From: Gammaproteobacteria bacterium
Lineage (GTDB): Bacteria > Pseudomonadota > Gammaproteobacteria > Steroidobacterales > UBA11654
DNA length: 64,000 nt
Direction: 5' to 3'
NCBI GenBank assembly: GCA_002691465.1
Contig: NZHP01000001.1
Span: 6,255-70,254, forward strand
In this document: one piece after another, positions 1 through 8,326 of the stretch
Layout of the letters: each line of letters opens with the position of its first letter
Position numbering within the stretch: position 1 is the stretch's first letter
Made by a program: the position numbers and the translations under genes
The notes under the pieces: model-generated
What the model was told of the DNA's origin: nothing
What the model saw: only the letters and a program-made list of their open reading frames with translations
The model's database searches: none

Positions 1-14
1 TATCCAATTGTCAT
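1..14 (-). CDS. 5' end (4 codons, MTIG...) of a leftward gene that leaves the window
   Basis: The reverse strand reads AAAGGAGGA-N8-ATG ACA ATT GGA. AGGAGG (28-23) is ideally spaced from the ATG at 14-12. The product cannot be inferred from 4 codons. Confidence 0.3.
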
Positions 15-84
15 ATCGCTATCCTCCTTTTATCTATTGCAGAATGATTATATTATGTCTTAAGTTAACTATAATGGCTTATAG

Positions 85-597
85 GTGAAAGACTACTTAA
101 AATCTGAACATAACCCTAGACTGATATCCAACCAAGATATTGCCACTCTCTCTTCAATCAATAATCATCTCACAGAGGAGAATTTTGTACTTTTTAAGAA
201 ACTCATTCTTGATTCAATTATCGACGATAATGAATCGCCAGATAAAGACAAATACACTGTTTCGACATACAGGCTAACTAACTCAAACATGCCACCCATT
301 GAAGTGTGTATAGAAAATCTATCAAAGTTTACCAAGCATGCTTATATGTGTATCGATCCCTTGAGAAGTACTGGGAATGTTCACTTTAGGCCTTACACAT
401 TTCGTACAAAAATATATATGGATGCAAAGTTGATCGAAGTCTATGATTTGACCGAAGAATCAGTAAGCAATAAATTAGAATCCGGAATATCAAAAAGATT
501 GCTTAAAAAGTCAGGCATTAATCAAAAAATAATCTTATCAACAATATTCAATCATTGGTTGAAAGAGTTGATCTCTGTGAATTATAAATTTTCGTAA
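85..597 (+). CDS. hypothetical protein (170 aa), no family recognised
   Basis: Open frame with a GTG start and no clear Shine-Dalgarno. Its TAA stop lies 1 nt before the ATG of the downstream MFS gene, suggesting translational coupling. The start codon is uncertain. Confidence 0.5.
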   Translation: MKDYLKSEHNPRLISNQDIATLSSINNHLTEENFVLFKKLILDSIIDDNESPDKDKYTVSTYRLTNSNMPPIEVCIENLSKFTKHAYMCIDPLRSTGNVHFRPYTFRTKIYMDAKLIEVYDLTEESVSNKLESGISKRLLKKSGINQKIILSTIFNHWLKELISVNYKFS

Positions 598-598
598 A

Positions 599-1975
599 AT
601 GAGCAATACATCACCATTTGAGAATAAAAGTTTTCTTCAATTATTTATCGCTCAAATAATTGCCTTGGTAGGAACTGGATTATCAACTATAGCTCTCGCT
701 TTACTTGCTTATGACTTTGCTCTAAATGAAGCAGGCCGAGTATTAGGGATTGCTCTTGCGATTAAAATGATAGCTTATGTTGTCTTTGCTCCTATCATTG
801 GTGGATTTGTTCATCGTATCCCAAGAAAATTCTTTTTAATTTTGATGGATATATTAAGAGCGATTGTGGTTCTAACGATTCCATTCATCAGCGAGGTTTG
901 GCATATCTATGTTTTGATATTTGTCTTAAATCTATTTTCAGCAGGATTCAAACCTGTATTCCAGGCTTTGATTCCGGATATCTTGACTGATGAAAATCAA
1001 TATGGAAAAGCACTTGCATATTCCAGAGTTGCGTACGACTTAGAAAATATCCTCAGTCCTACATTGGCAGCAATTGCGTTATTGTTTTTTAGTTATACAG
1101 GCTTATTTATAATCAATTCAGCTGCATTCATGGTTTCTGCATTAATCATATTTATAACACTTTTGCCAAAGGATAGAGTTATCGAAAGGGCAGGCAGCAT
1201 CATTGACGAAATGTCCTTTGGGATCATTTCCTATCTAAAAACGCCAAGGCTTAGGGCACTTTTCATACTGTATTTTGGCATTGCGTTGGCAAGTTCGATG
1301 ATTATTGTAAATACCGTCATATACGTTAAAGACTACCTCTATCTATCAGATACAACTGTGGCTATATTCATCGGTGCATCGGGATTAGGCTCAATGCTTG
1401 TTGCATTCTTGTATCCATACATTAATGAAAAAATAATTGATAAATACATCACACAAATTGGTGTATTGGTGCTTTCAGTTTCATTATTTTTTATGTCATA
1501 TGAGCCAATTTATTCATTCGCTTTAATCACATGGTTTTTAACAGGAGTTGGTTTATCGCTTTCACAAGTTCCCTCAGGGAAAATTGTAAATATGTCTTCC
1601 AGCCCACCCGACAGAACATCATACTTCACAGCTCAATTCTCATTGTCGCATTTATCATGGTTTTTTGGATATTTGCTTGCAGGAGAATTGGTGTATATGT
1701 TTGGTTTTAGTTTTACTGCAAGCTTGTTTTCCATGGTCGTTTTGGTTTGCTTATTATTCAGTTTGCTATTTTGGCCAAAAGAGAAAATCTCCAATGAGAT
1801 GCTTCATACACATGAAAGATTAGTACATGAACATACCCATACTCATGACGATGGGCATCATATTCATGAACACACCGCAAGCGAAGATGAGCATTCACAT
1901 GATCATGAACACAGCGAAATCACTCATGAGCACAGATTTTTTATCGATATTCATCACCAAAGCTGGCCAAAATAG
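599..1975 (+). CDS. MFS-type transporter with a histidine-rich C-terminal tail
   Basis: About 12 hydrophobic helices. The N-terminal FLQLFIAQIIALVGTGLSTIALALLAY resembles EntS/MFS_3-like transporters by eye. The last ~57 residues contain 18 His (HTHERLVHEHTHTHDDGHHIHEHT...HSHDHEHSEITHEH...HH). Confidence 0.8.
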   Translation: MSNTSPFENKSFLQLFIAQIIALVGTGLSTIALALLAYDFALNEAGRVLGIALAIKMIAYVVFAPIIGGFVHRIPRKFFLILMDILRAIVVLTIPFISEVWHIYVLIFVLNLFSAGFKPVFQALIPDILTDENQYGKALAYSRVAYDLENILSPTLAAIALLFFSYTGLFIINSAAFMVSALIIFITLLPKDRVIERAGSIIDEMSFGIISYLKTPRLRALFILYFGIALASSMIIVNTVIYVKDYLYLSDTTVAIFIGASGLGSMLVAFLYPYINEKIIDKYITQIGVLVLSVSLFFMSYEPIYSFALITWFLTGVGLSLSQVPSGKIVNMSSSPPDRTSYFTAQFSLSHLSWFFGYLLAGELVYMFGFSFTASLFSMVVLVCLLFSLLFWPKEKISNEMLHTHERLVHEHTHTHDDGHHIHEHTASEDEHSHDHEHSEITHEHRFFIDIHHQSWPK

Positions 1976-1987
1976 CCCAATTCAGTT

Positions 1988-4069
1988 TCAAGTCTGGTCT
2001 TGAAGATTTTTAGATAATGATGAGGATGTCCTATGATTTTTTTGCAAAATCATATCGACCATAACTGAATAGACTTGATTTAATATTGTTTCATCACGAA
2101 ATTCATCGAAATCATATTCATTGTTATAGCCCAGTTCTAAAAGCATCTTATTTCGCCTAGCTTCAAGTTCATCATTCCTAGAATTCCTTCTTTCTAATCT
2201 CTTTTCATAATTTAAACTGATGAGGTCGATGCTGCTTTCTTTATCAAAGTATTCAATTTCATCATTGATATATTGAATAGCAACGTTCTCTTTTTTTCTT
2301 AATTCATGATTATTGGCGATTATATTTTTGGAACCTTCAAGCCTAGAATCTTTTGAATAATTTAGCGGCAGTATCTTGTCCCATGGCAATGTGTTGTCCT
2401 TATTTTCCTCGCCTACTAAAGTCTCATTAATAAAAGAGGGCAATATGATGTCGGGAATTACACCTTTATTTTGTGTGCCAGAACCATTTACTCTGTAATA
2501 TTTTGCAATTGTTAGTGTCAATTGACCAAAACCTTTTTCCGACTTGTATCTTGAATATCGATCTAGAGGATAAAGGTTTTGAACTGACCCTTTTCCAAAG
2601 GATTTTTGACCAATAACAAGACCTCTAGAATAGTCTTGAATAGCTGCTGCAAAGATTTCAGAGGCCGAAGCACTGAATCGATCGATTACAACCGATATTG
2701 GGCCATCATATACTGTTCCAGGTATTGGATCATCAATGATCTCTATGTTGTCATCCATGTCTTTTAGTTGAACTACAGGACCTTCATCAATGAATAATCC
2801 AGTGAGTCCAGTTGCTTCGTCGAGTAAGCCACCAGAATTACCCCTAAGATCAATTACAAGTCCATTTATACCAATGTCCTTAAACTCATTAACAATTCTT
2901 CTGACATCGGACGTGGTGCTTTTGAAGTCCTTGTCACCTCGCCGACGAGCGGAATAATCTTGATAGAAGCCCGGAACTTTAATTACGCCTATTTGATATT
3001 CAACATCTCCTTCAGTAATTGTTTTAATGAAGCTTGAAGCCGCTTGTTCCTCTAGAGATATCTCATCTCTGGTTAGAGCAATTTCGTATGGAATCGCGTC
3101 ACCTTCTTGAGATGAAGGGAGCATTTTTAAAGTGACAATGGATCCTTTTGGCCCTCTGATAAGTTTAACAACTTCATTGACATCCCATCCAATCACATCA
3201 ATCAATTGATTATTATCATAAACACCGATGATTTTATCGAGTGGCTTGATCGTGCCATCCTTAAATGCTGGACCACCAGGTATTAAATCAACAATCTGAA
3301 TGAAGTCATCATTGGTTTGTAGTCTCGCGCCAATACCTTGATATGAAAGACTCGTTTGTATTTCATATTCTTCTGCTTCTGATGGATTAAGATAACTCGA
3401 GTGAGGGTCTAAGTGACTCATATAGGCATTCAAAAAAATATTAAGAACGTCTTGTTCATCATATTCATTGATCCTCTTTATGTAACGAAGATATCTTTTT
3501 CTTAGTGTCTCTTTTGCTGTTTCCAGGTCTTGTCCGGCAATGACTAGTGAGAGTAAGTCATTCGTTGTTTTTTTTACCCATTCTTTATTGATTATGTTCT
3601 CATCATGTTTCCACTTATCTTTGTTATTCCGAAAACGGTATTCATCGTCAGATTCAAAACCATTGATTTCATTAATCACATCCATTGCATAATCAAGTCT
3701 TTGCTGAACACGTAAACGATACGTTGAAAACATATCAAATATTGGCCTTAATTGACCATCCCTTAAGGAATCATCCAGTTGATACTTGTATCGTTGAAAG
3801 TAAATGATGTCTGATTGTGAAAAATACATTTTATTTTGATCCAATCTATCGATATATTCATTGAGTATTTTGATTGAGGATTCATTATTCACGGATGATT
3901 GAACATAGTGAGCACGTTCACTAATTGCTGTTACAAGACGAGTGAGGTATTCATCTTCGGCATTCAATTCTAGTATTTTAGGGACATTGTCTTGATTCGA
4001 ATCCGTATAAACATTAAACGGAACAGAGAGAATACAGATTAAAATTGTAGATTTAATAATTTTGAACAT
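1988..4069 (-). CDS. prc: tail-specific (C-terminal processing) protease, S41 family
   Basis: 693 aa with a signal peptide. Aligns by eye along its length with E. coli Prc: LDPHSSYL, a PDZ region (GIGARLQ...GGPA), IDLRGNSGG, DRFSASASEIFAAA, FGKGSVQ, YYRVNGSGTQNKGV. Confidence 0.92.
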   Translation of the reverse strand: MFKIIKSTILICILSVPFNVYTDSNQDNVPKILELNAEDEYLTRLVTAISERAHYVQSSVNNESSIKILNEYIDRLDQNKMYFSQSDIIYFQRYKYQLDDSLRDGQLRPIFDMFSTYRLRVQQRLDYAMDVINEINGFESDDEYRFRNNKDKWKHDENIINKEWVKKTTNDLLSLVIAGQDLETAKETLRKRYLRYIKRINEYDEQDVLNIFLNAYMSHLDPHSSYLNPSEAEEYEIQTSLSYQGIGARLQTNDDFIQIVDLIPGGPAFKDGTIKPLDKIIGVYDNNQLIDVIGWDVNEVVKLIRGPKGSIVTLKMLPSSQEGDAIPYEIALTRDEISLEEQAASSFIKTITEGDVEYQIGVIKVPGFYQDYSARRRGDKDFKSTTSDVRRIVNEFKDIGINGLVIDLRGNSGGLLDEATGLTGLFIDEGPVVQLKDMDDNIEIIDDPIPGTVYDGPISVVIDRFSASASEIFAAAIQDYSRGLVIGQKSFGKGSVQNLYPLDRYSRYKSEKGFGQLTLTIAKYYRVNGSGTQNKGVIPDIILPSFINETLVGEENKDNTLPWDKILPLNYSKDSRLEGSKNIIANNHELRKKENVAIQYINDEIEYFDKESSIDLISLNYEKRLERRNSRNDELEARRNKMLLELGYNNEYDFDEFRDETILNQVYSVMVDMILQKNHRTSSSLSKNLQDQT

Positions 4070-4073
4070 AACC

Positions 4074-4727
4074 TTAACCAGAAAAGAAGCTAACTATTTG
4101 ATCAGAAAGTCCATCGCAGGCATTCGATTGCGTTCTAGCTAGAATGGGTATTGGTATAACGATGGCAGGTATCATAGAGGTGCCAGTTACGTTTGCACTG
4201 ACATTGCCGACAGAGGTTTCTTGAGACAAGTCCCAAACAGATGCATTATAGGCCGAAGTATCATCCCACCAAGCGAAACCAAAACAACCACCACCACCTG
4301 GTCCAGCAGCGCAAGAGAGTGCGCCTGAGCTTGCGTTGGTTTTTGTTTCTCCGGTGATTTTTATAAGGTACTTAATTTTCATAACCGAGAGTTTTTCTTT
4401 TACGAGTTCATTGCCTAGTATTTTTGGAAGATCTTCTATGCTTTGAGGTGCAGTACTTGGTTCAAACCATGGGTAAAAAAGATTTTGGAACTGTCTAGTA
4501 GGTATAATTTCAAATGCATTTTGTTTCTTCGAAATAGAGCTATTCAGACAATCCATAAAATCTAATTCAGTCTGATTGCCGGTATGATAGCTATTTGAAA
4601 GAAGCACAATAGATTCATCATCAGTAATAGTGAATGCTGTATTGACTTCTTCGTCAATTCGAGTTGTCGAACATCCGACTGTAGTAATCATTAACAGAAA
4701 TATAATTTTTATCTTAGAACGACTCAT
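4074..4727 (-). CDS. putative lipoprotein, uncharacterised
   Basis: I prefer the ATG at 4727 (MSRSKIKIIFLLMITTVGC lipobox), 1 nt after the stop of the upstream lipoprotein gene. The ORF track starts at 4757. Contains a Gly/Cys patch, CAAGPGGGGCFGFAWWDD. No family recognised. Confidence 0.7.
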   Translation of the reverse strand: MSRSKIKIIFLLMITTVGCSTTRIDEEVNTAFTITDDESIVLLSNSYHTGNQTELDFMDCLNSSISKKQNAFEIIPTRQFQNLFYPWFEPSTAPQSIEDLPKILGNELVKEKLSVMKIKYLIKITGETKTNASSGALSCAAGPGGGGCFGFAWWDDTSAYNASVWDLSQETSVGNVSANVTGTSMIPAIVIPIPILARTQSNACDGLSDQIVSFFSG

Positions 4728-4728
4728 C

Positions 4729-5319
4729 TTAGCTAATCGTGTTAGTAATATTTTCAATCTTTTCTTGCGTTGTGATACTCAAGTTTGCACCTGTATCTCT
4801 TAGAGCAATTCGGATTGCTCTTTTAAAAGCTTCATCACCCTGAAAAATACCTGTTTCTTGTTCTCCATAGCCTGTAACAACCCAGTCATCGATGGAGTTC
4901 TCATTATTATCTTTGATATTTATTATGTATTTAAACCAGACAGAATATTTCTGATTTGCCGCCGTTTGAGGCGTTAAATATTCAAATTTATCAAGCTTGA
5001 CATCAATCAGGATTATTTTTTTATCAGGATCATTATCTGATTCATTACTGAGTTTAAAGAAGGATAAAAAAACATTCTCAAACAACTTTTGTTGTGTGTT
5101 TCCAAAATTAATCTCAATAGATGCCTCTTTTTTTTGTAATTCTTCTGGAGAGAAAATAAAGTTTTGTATTTGGTCATCAAAAGTTAATTGGACTGAGATG
5201 CTTTCATTCATTTTCACCAGTGGTTTCGGTATGAATGTGTCGATGACTAAGTTTTGAGAACTGCAACCAATTAGGAGCAATGACTGTAGAATCAGAATTT
5301 TTTTAACCGCATTATTCAT
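4729..5319 (-). CDS. putative lipoprotein, uncharacterised
   Basis: 196 aa. Signal peptide plus lipobox (LLLIGCSS). No family recognised. Tightly coupled to the next lipoprotein gene. Confidence 0.7.
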   Translation of the reverse strand: MNNAVKKILILQSLLLIGCSSQNLVIDTFIPKPLVKMNESISVQLTFDDQIQNFIFSPEELQKKEASIEINFGNTQQKLFENVFLSFFKLSNESDNDPDKKIILIDVKLDKFEYLTPQTAANQKYSVWFKYIINIKDNNENSIDDWVVTGYGEQETGIFQGDEAFKRAIRIALRDTGANLSITTQEKIENITNTIS

Positions 5320-5391
5320 GTGCAGTAATAGTATACGTGCGATTCAAATAATTTAGATGATCTTTATATGAACTATTTGATTCTTTATTGA

Positions 5392-6015
5392 TCAATCGAG
5401 TGCATTCTCATTGAATGCCTCTATTGATTCATCTTCAGATTCTTGATCAGCATCAGGCCATATTTTTGTGAACTTTGTTCCTTCAAGGCTCAGCCCAGCA
5501 ATCAAACCCTTGTGACCGAATACAAAACCAACGATTGGATCTTGTGCTTCTGTGGAATCAAGCGAACCGCCAGCACCCATATCTAATAATGCTACCGAGC
5601 CATCAACACCTACTTGCCATCCTGAGCTGTAAAGAAATTCATCCATTGCATCGTCATCGTAAAATAATATTATGAGATCTTTTGAGCCGATTCCCAATTG
5701 AAGCCCCAATGATCCACTGAAGGCTCTGTAATATTGGACCTTTATGTTATCAACAACTAATGCACCTTCACCATATTCCATTCCCAATACCAGTCCTGCT
5801 TTGATCATTTTAGGGATGACTAATGTGCCTCTTGCCCCATCAAGGTAAGTCTGAGCACCTTGAACTTCAGTAGTAAAACGATCTATTGCACTTTCGATTG
5901 AGGCATCGATTTCAGAAGTGCTTTTCGCAGTGATATTTGTGCCAAAGAGCAAAAAGAAAAAATAAAATAATCCAAGTGACTTCATATAGTGTTTTATTTG
6001 ATGCTTTGATTCCAT
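5392..6015 (-). CDS. secreted SYLF (Ysc84/DUF500-like) lipid-binding domain protein
   Basis: Signal peptide, then Gly-rich repeats (GSLGLQLGIGSKDLIILF, GVDGSVALLDMGAGGS, GLIAGLSLEG) typical of bacterial SYLF-domain proteins. The start could instead be the internal Met at 5985. Confidence 0.65.
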   Translation of the reverse strand: MESKHQIKHYMKSLGLFYFFFLLFGTNITAKSTSEIDASIESAIDRFTTEVQGAQTYLDGARGTLVIPKMIKAGLVLGMEYGEGALVVDNIKVQYYRAFSGSLGLQLGIGSKDLIILFYDDDAMDEFLYSSGWQVGVDGSVALLDMGAGGSLDSTEAQDPIVGFVFGHKGLIAGLSLEGTKFTKIWPDADQESEDESIEAFNENALD

Positions 6016-6017
6016 GT

Positions 6018-6878
6018 TTAGTCCTTTAAAATATCTTTGTATAAGTCGGTTCTTCTATCTCTAAAGAAACCCCATGATGACCGATGTTCCTGAAGAGAGT
6101 CAAGATCGAATTGATGAATGATATATTCTTCTTTATCTCTTGAGCATTCTTTAACTTTTACGCCAGTCCCGTCAGTGATAAATGATGAACCATAAAATGT
6201 CATTGAAAATTTTTCATTCGTTTCCATTCCTATTCGATTAGATGCTATAACAGGCAATGTGTTAGCAGCTGAATGTCCTTGCATTACTAATTGCCATGAA
6301 TCTCTTGAGTCTAGTTCAGGTGTGTCTGGTTCACTACCGATGGCTGTTGGATAGAAAAGAAGTTCAGCTCCATTTAAGGCCATAATTCTTGATGCTTCAG
6401 GAAACCACTGATCCCAACAAATACCTACACCAATTTTTGCATATTTTGTTTCGAAAACTTTAAACCCTGTATTTCCTGGGTGAAAGTAATATTTTTCTTC
6501 ATAGCCTGGTCCATCTGGTATATGGGACTTTCTATAAGGTTCACTAATTGATCCATCGGCATCAATAACAGCAAGAGAGTTATAGTAAGTATTGTTGTCT
6601 TTTTCAAAAAAGCTTGTTGGTAGAACAACTGAGAGTTCTTTTGCAAGCTCTGACATTTCCTGAAGTAGGGGATTGTCCTTATAAGGCTTAGCCATGGTAA
6701 ATTCTTCAGGTTTATTAAGACATGGAAAATATACTGATTCGAATAGTTCTTGTATCAAGACGATCTGTGCCCCATCACTTGCTGCTTGACGAGTTAGTTT
6801 TTTAGCATTCTCTATGTTTGCTTTAGAGTCCCTGGTGCAAGACATTTGTGTTGCGGCTACTGTTACTTGTTTGCTCAT
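6018..6878 (-). CDS. aguB: N-carbamoylputrescine amidase (CN-hydrolase family)
   Basis: 286 aa. VAATQMSC...IVLIQELF and ICWDQWFPE are nitrilase-superfamily Glu/Lys/Cys context. Lies directly downstream of aguA. Confidence 0.9.
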   Translation of the reverse strand: MSKQVTVAATQMSCTRDSKANIENAKKLTRQAASDGAQIVLIQELFESVYFPCLNKPEEFTMAKPYKDNPLLQEMSELAKELSVVLPTSFFEKDNNTYYNSLAVIDADGSISEPYRKSHIPDGPGYEEKYYFHPGNTGFKVFETKYAKIGVGICWDQWFPEASRIMALNGAELLFYPTAIGSEPDTPELDSRDSWQLVMQGHSAANTLPVIASNRIGMETNEKFSMTFYGSSFITDGTGVKVKECSRDKEEYIIHQFDLDSLQEHRSSWGFFRDRRTDLYKDILKD

Positions 6879-6883
6879 AATAT

Positions 6884-7912
6884 TTAAATAAATGGTTGTT
6901 GTTGGGTGATACAGTGAACGCAGCCACCGCCTTCAGTAATTGGTCTTCCTGGCACTGTTACTATACTTTTATTCTTGAATACATTTTGGATCTTTTCAAT
7001 AGCATCATGGTCTTTGTCGTCATCAAAAACTGGTAAGACAATACCATCATTGGCAATGTAGAAATTAATATATGACATAGGAAGCCGTTCATTTAAGAAC
7101 ATATCACGAGAAGGCTGATCTATTGTGACAACCTCATAGCTTTTCCCGCTGATGTCTTTCGCATATTTAAGCCGATCCAAGTTTTCTTTGAGTTTCTGAT
7201 AATTGCTATCGGATGAATCCTCTTCATTTAATGCAATTATAACATTTCCTGGCGTGAAACAAGCCAGATTATCAATGTGACCTCCAGTGTCATCGTACTC
7301 AAGTGCTGCAATCAACCATATAAAATTATCTACACCAAGGTAATTGGATAATATTCTTTCTGCTTCTTTTTTATCCAGACCAGGATTTCTATTGGGATCA
7401 AGTAATACATCTTCTGTGATCATTAATGTGCCTCTTCCATCTGTGTGAATAGCACCACCCTCTAGAATAATTGGTGCATCATAGTATTTTGCAGATGATT
7501 CTCTGATTACATGTTTTGCAACTTCTCTATCATTCAAATAGTCAGGCCCTAATAATTCTCCATAATTATTAAATGTCCAATCAACACCGCCCAGAATTTT
7601 CCCATTTGTAATGAATGTTGGTCCAGTATCGCGGCACCAACTGTCATCAATAGTGAGGTTATAAATATCGACATTGTCGCTGACAAGATCTCTGCATTCA
7701 TCGGTATCAGAGGCATTTGCTATGAGTGTGACTTTTTCAAATTGAGATATAGCATTTGCAGCTGCAGCATAACCTGCTCTCATCCTGTGTGTATCTGGAT
7801 ATCGATCTAAATCTAAACCAGTGGGCCACATCATCCAACATCTTTCATGAGTTTCCCATTCTGCCGGCATCCAAAAACCTAGATCTTTGGGATATTTATT
7901 ATATTGACTCAT
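6884..7912 (-). CDS. aguA: agmatine deiminase
   Basis: 342 aa. GFWMPAEWE N-terminus, WCRDTGPTF, and C-terminal GGGCVHCITQQQP catalytic Cys motif. Confidence 0.9.
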   Translation of the reverse strand: MSQYNKYPKDLGFWMPAEWETHERCWMMWPTGLDLDRYPDTHRMRAGYAAAANAISQFEKVTLIANASDTDECRDLVSDNVDIYNLTIDDSWCRDTGPTFITNGKILGGVDWTFNNYGELLGPDYLNDREVAKHVIRESSAKYYDAPIILEGGAIHTDGRGTLMITEDVLLDPNRNPGLDKKEAERILSNYLGVDNFIWLIAALEYDDTGGHIDNLACFTPGNVIIALNEEDSSDSNYQKLKENLDRLKYAKDISGKSYEVVTIDQPSRDMFLNERLPMSYINFYIANDGIVLPVFDDDKDHDAIEKIQNVFKNKSIVTVPGRPITEGGGCVHCITQQQPFI

Positions 7913-7924
7913 TTTTTGATTTTC

Positions 7925-8269
7925 TGGAGGCGGCGGGAATCGAACCCGCGTCCGCTAGCTATCCATATTATGATCTACATGCTTATCACTTTCTTTAATT
8001 TTATATTTAAACACCGAAAGGAAGGTGATTTTAAATACGAACTCTTATTTTTATTTAATCAAAACAATTAGAGTAAATCGTTATGACGAACTTGGATAAT
8101 CGTCATTGATAAAATCCTCCAAGTGAGACCTCATCAATGCCAGCTGGTTTATGCAGCTAGAGCGTAGTTGTCGTTTGCAACTAAATTTTATTCAGATTTA
8201 TTTACGAGAACTCTGAATCTCGACATGCACATAAAACTTCAACACCAACGTCGAAACCTTTGCGCCCCC
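7925..8269 (-). ncRNA. ssrA: tmRNA (SsrA), one-piece, tag ANDNYALAA
   Basis: The reverse strand starts GGGGGCGCAAAGGTTTCGACG and ends GGTTCGATTCCCGCCGCCTCCA. The acceptor stem GGGGGCG/CGCCUCC includes the G3:U alanine identity pair. The internal tag ORF GCA AAC GAC AAC TAC GCT CTA GCT GCA TAA lies at 8178-8149. The terminal CCA is not encoded. Confidence 0.93.
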
Positions 8270-8326
8270 TATAATTAGTAAATGGGATACTATCCTAATG
8301 GAATCGAAAGAATGATTAAAGTGATT

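Noticed and set aside
1798-1975. His-rich tail of the MFS gene as a sequencing or assembly artefact or a simple repeat
   Set aside because: The nucleotide sequence is not a tandem repeat. CAT and CAC codons are interspersed with varied codons, the frame is continuous with the last TM helix, and it ends at a normal TAG stop 12 nt before the convergent prc stop.
7756-7998. 80-aa plus-strand ORF from the ORF track
   Set aside because: It lies antisense to the aguA 5' end and runs across the tRNA-like 3' domain of the tmRNA gene. It has no ribosome-binding site or recognisable family, so I treat it as a chance ORF.
7925-8269. tmRNA, tRNA-Leu (27756-27838) and tRNA-fMet (41943-42019) as genomic-island integration sites
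   Set aside because: I saw no integrase, no duplicated copy of the tRNA or tmRNA 3' end as a direct repeat, and no compositional break. The flanking genes are conserved housekeeping genes.
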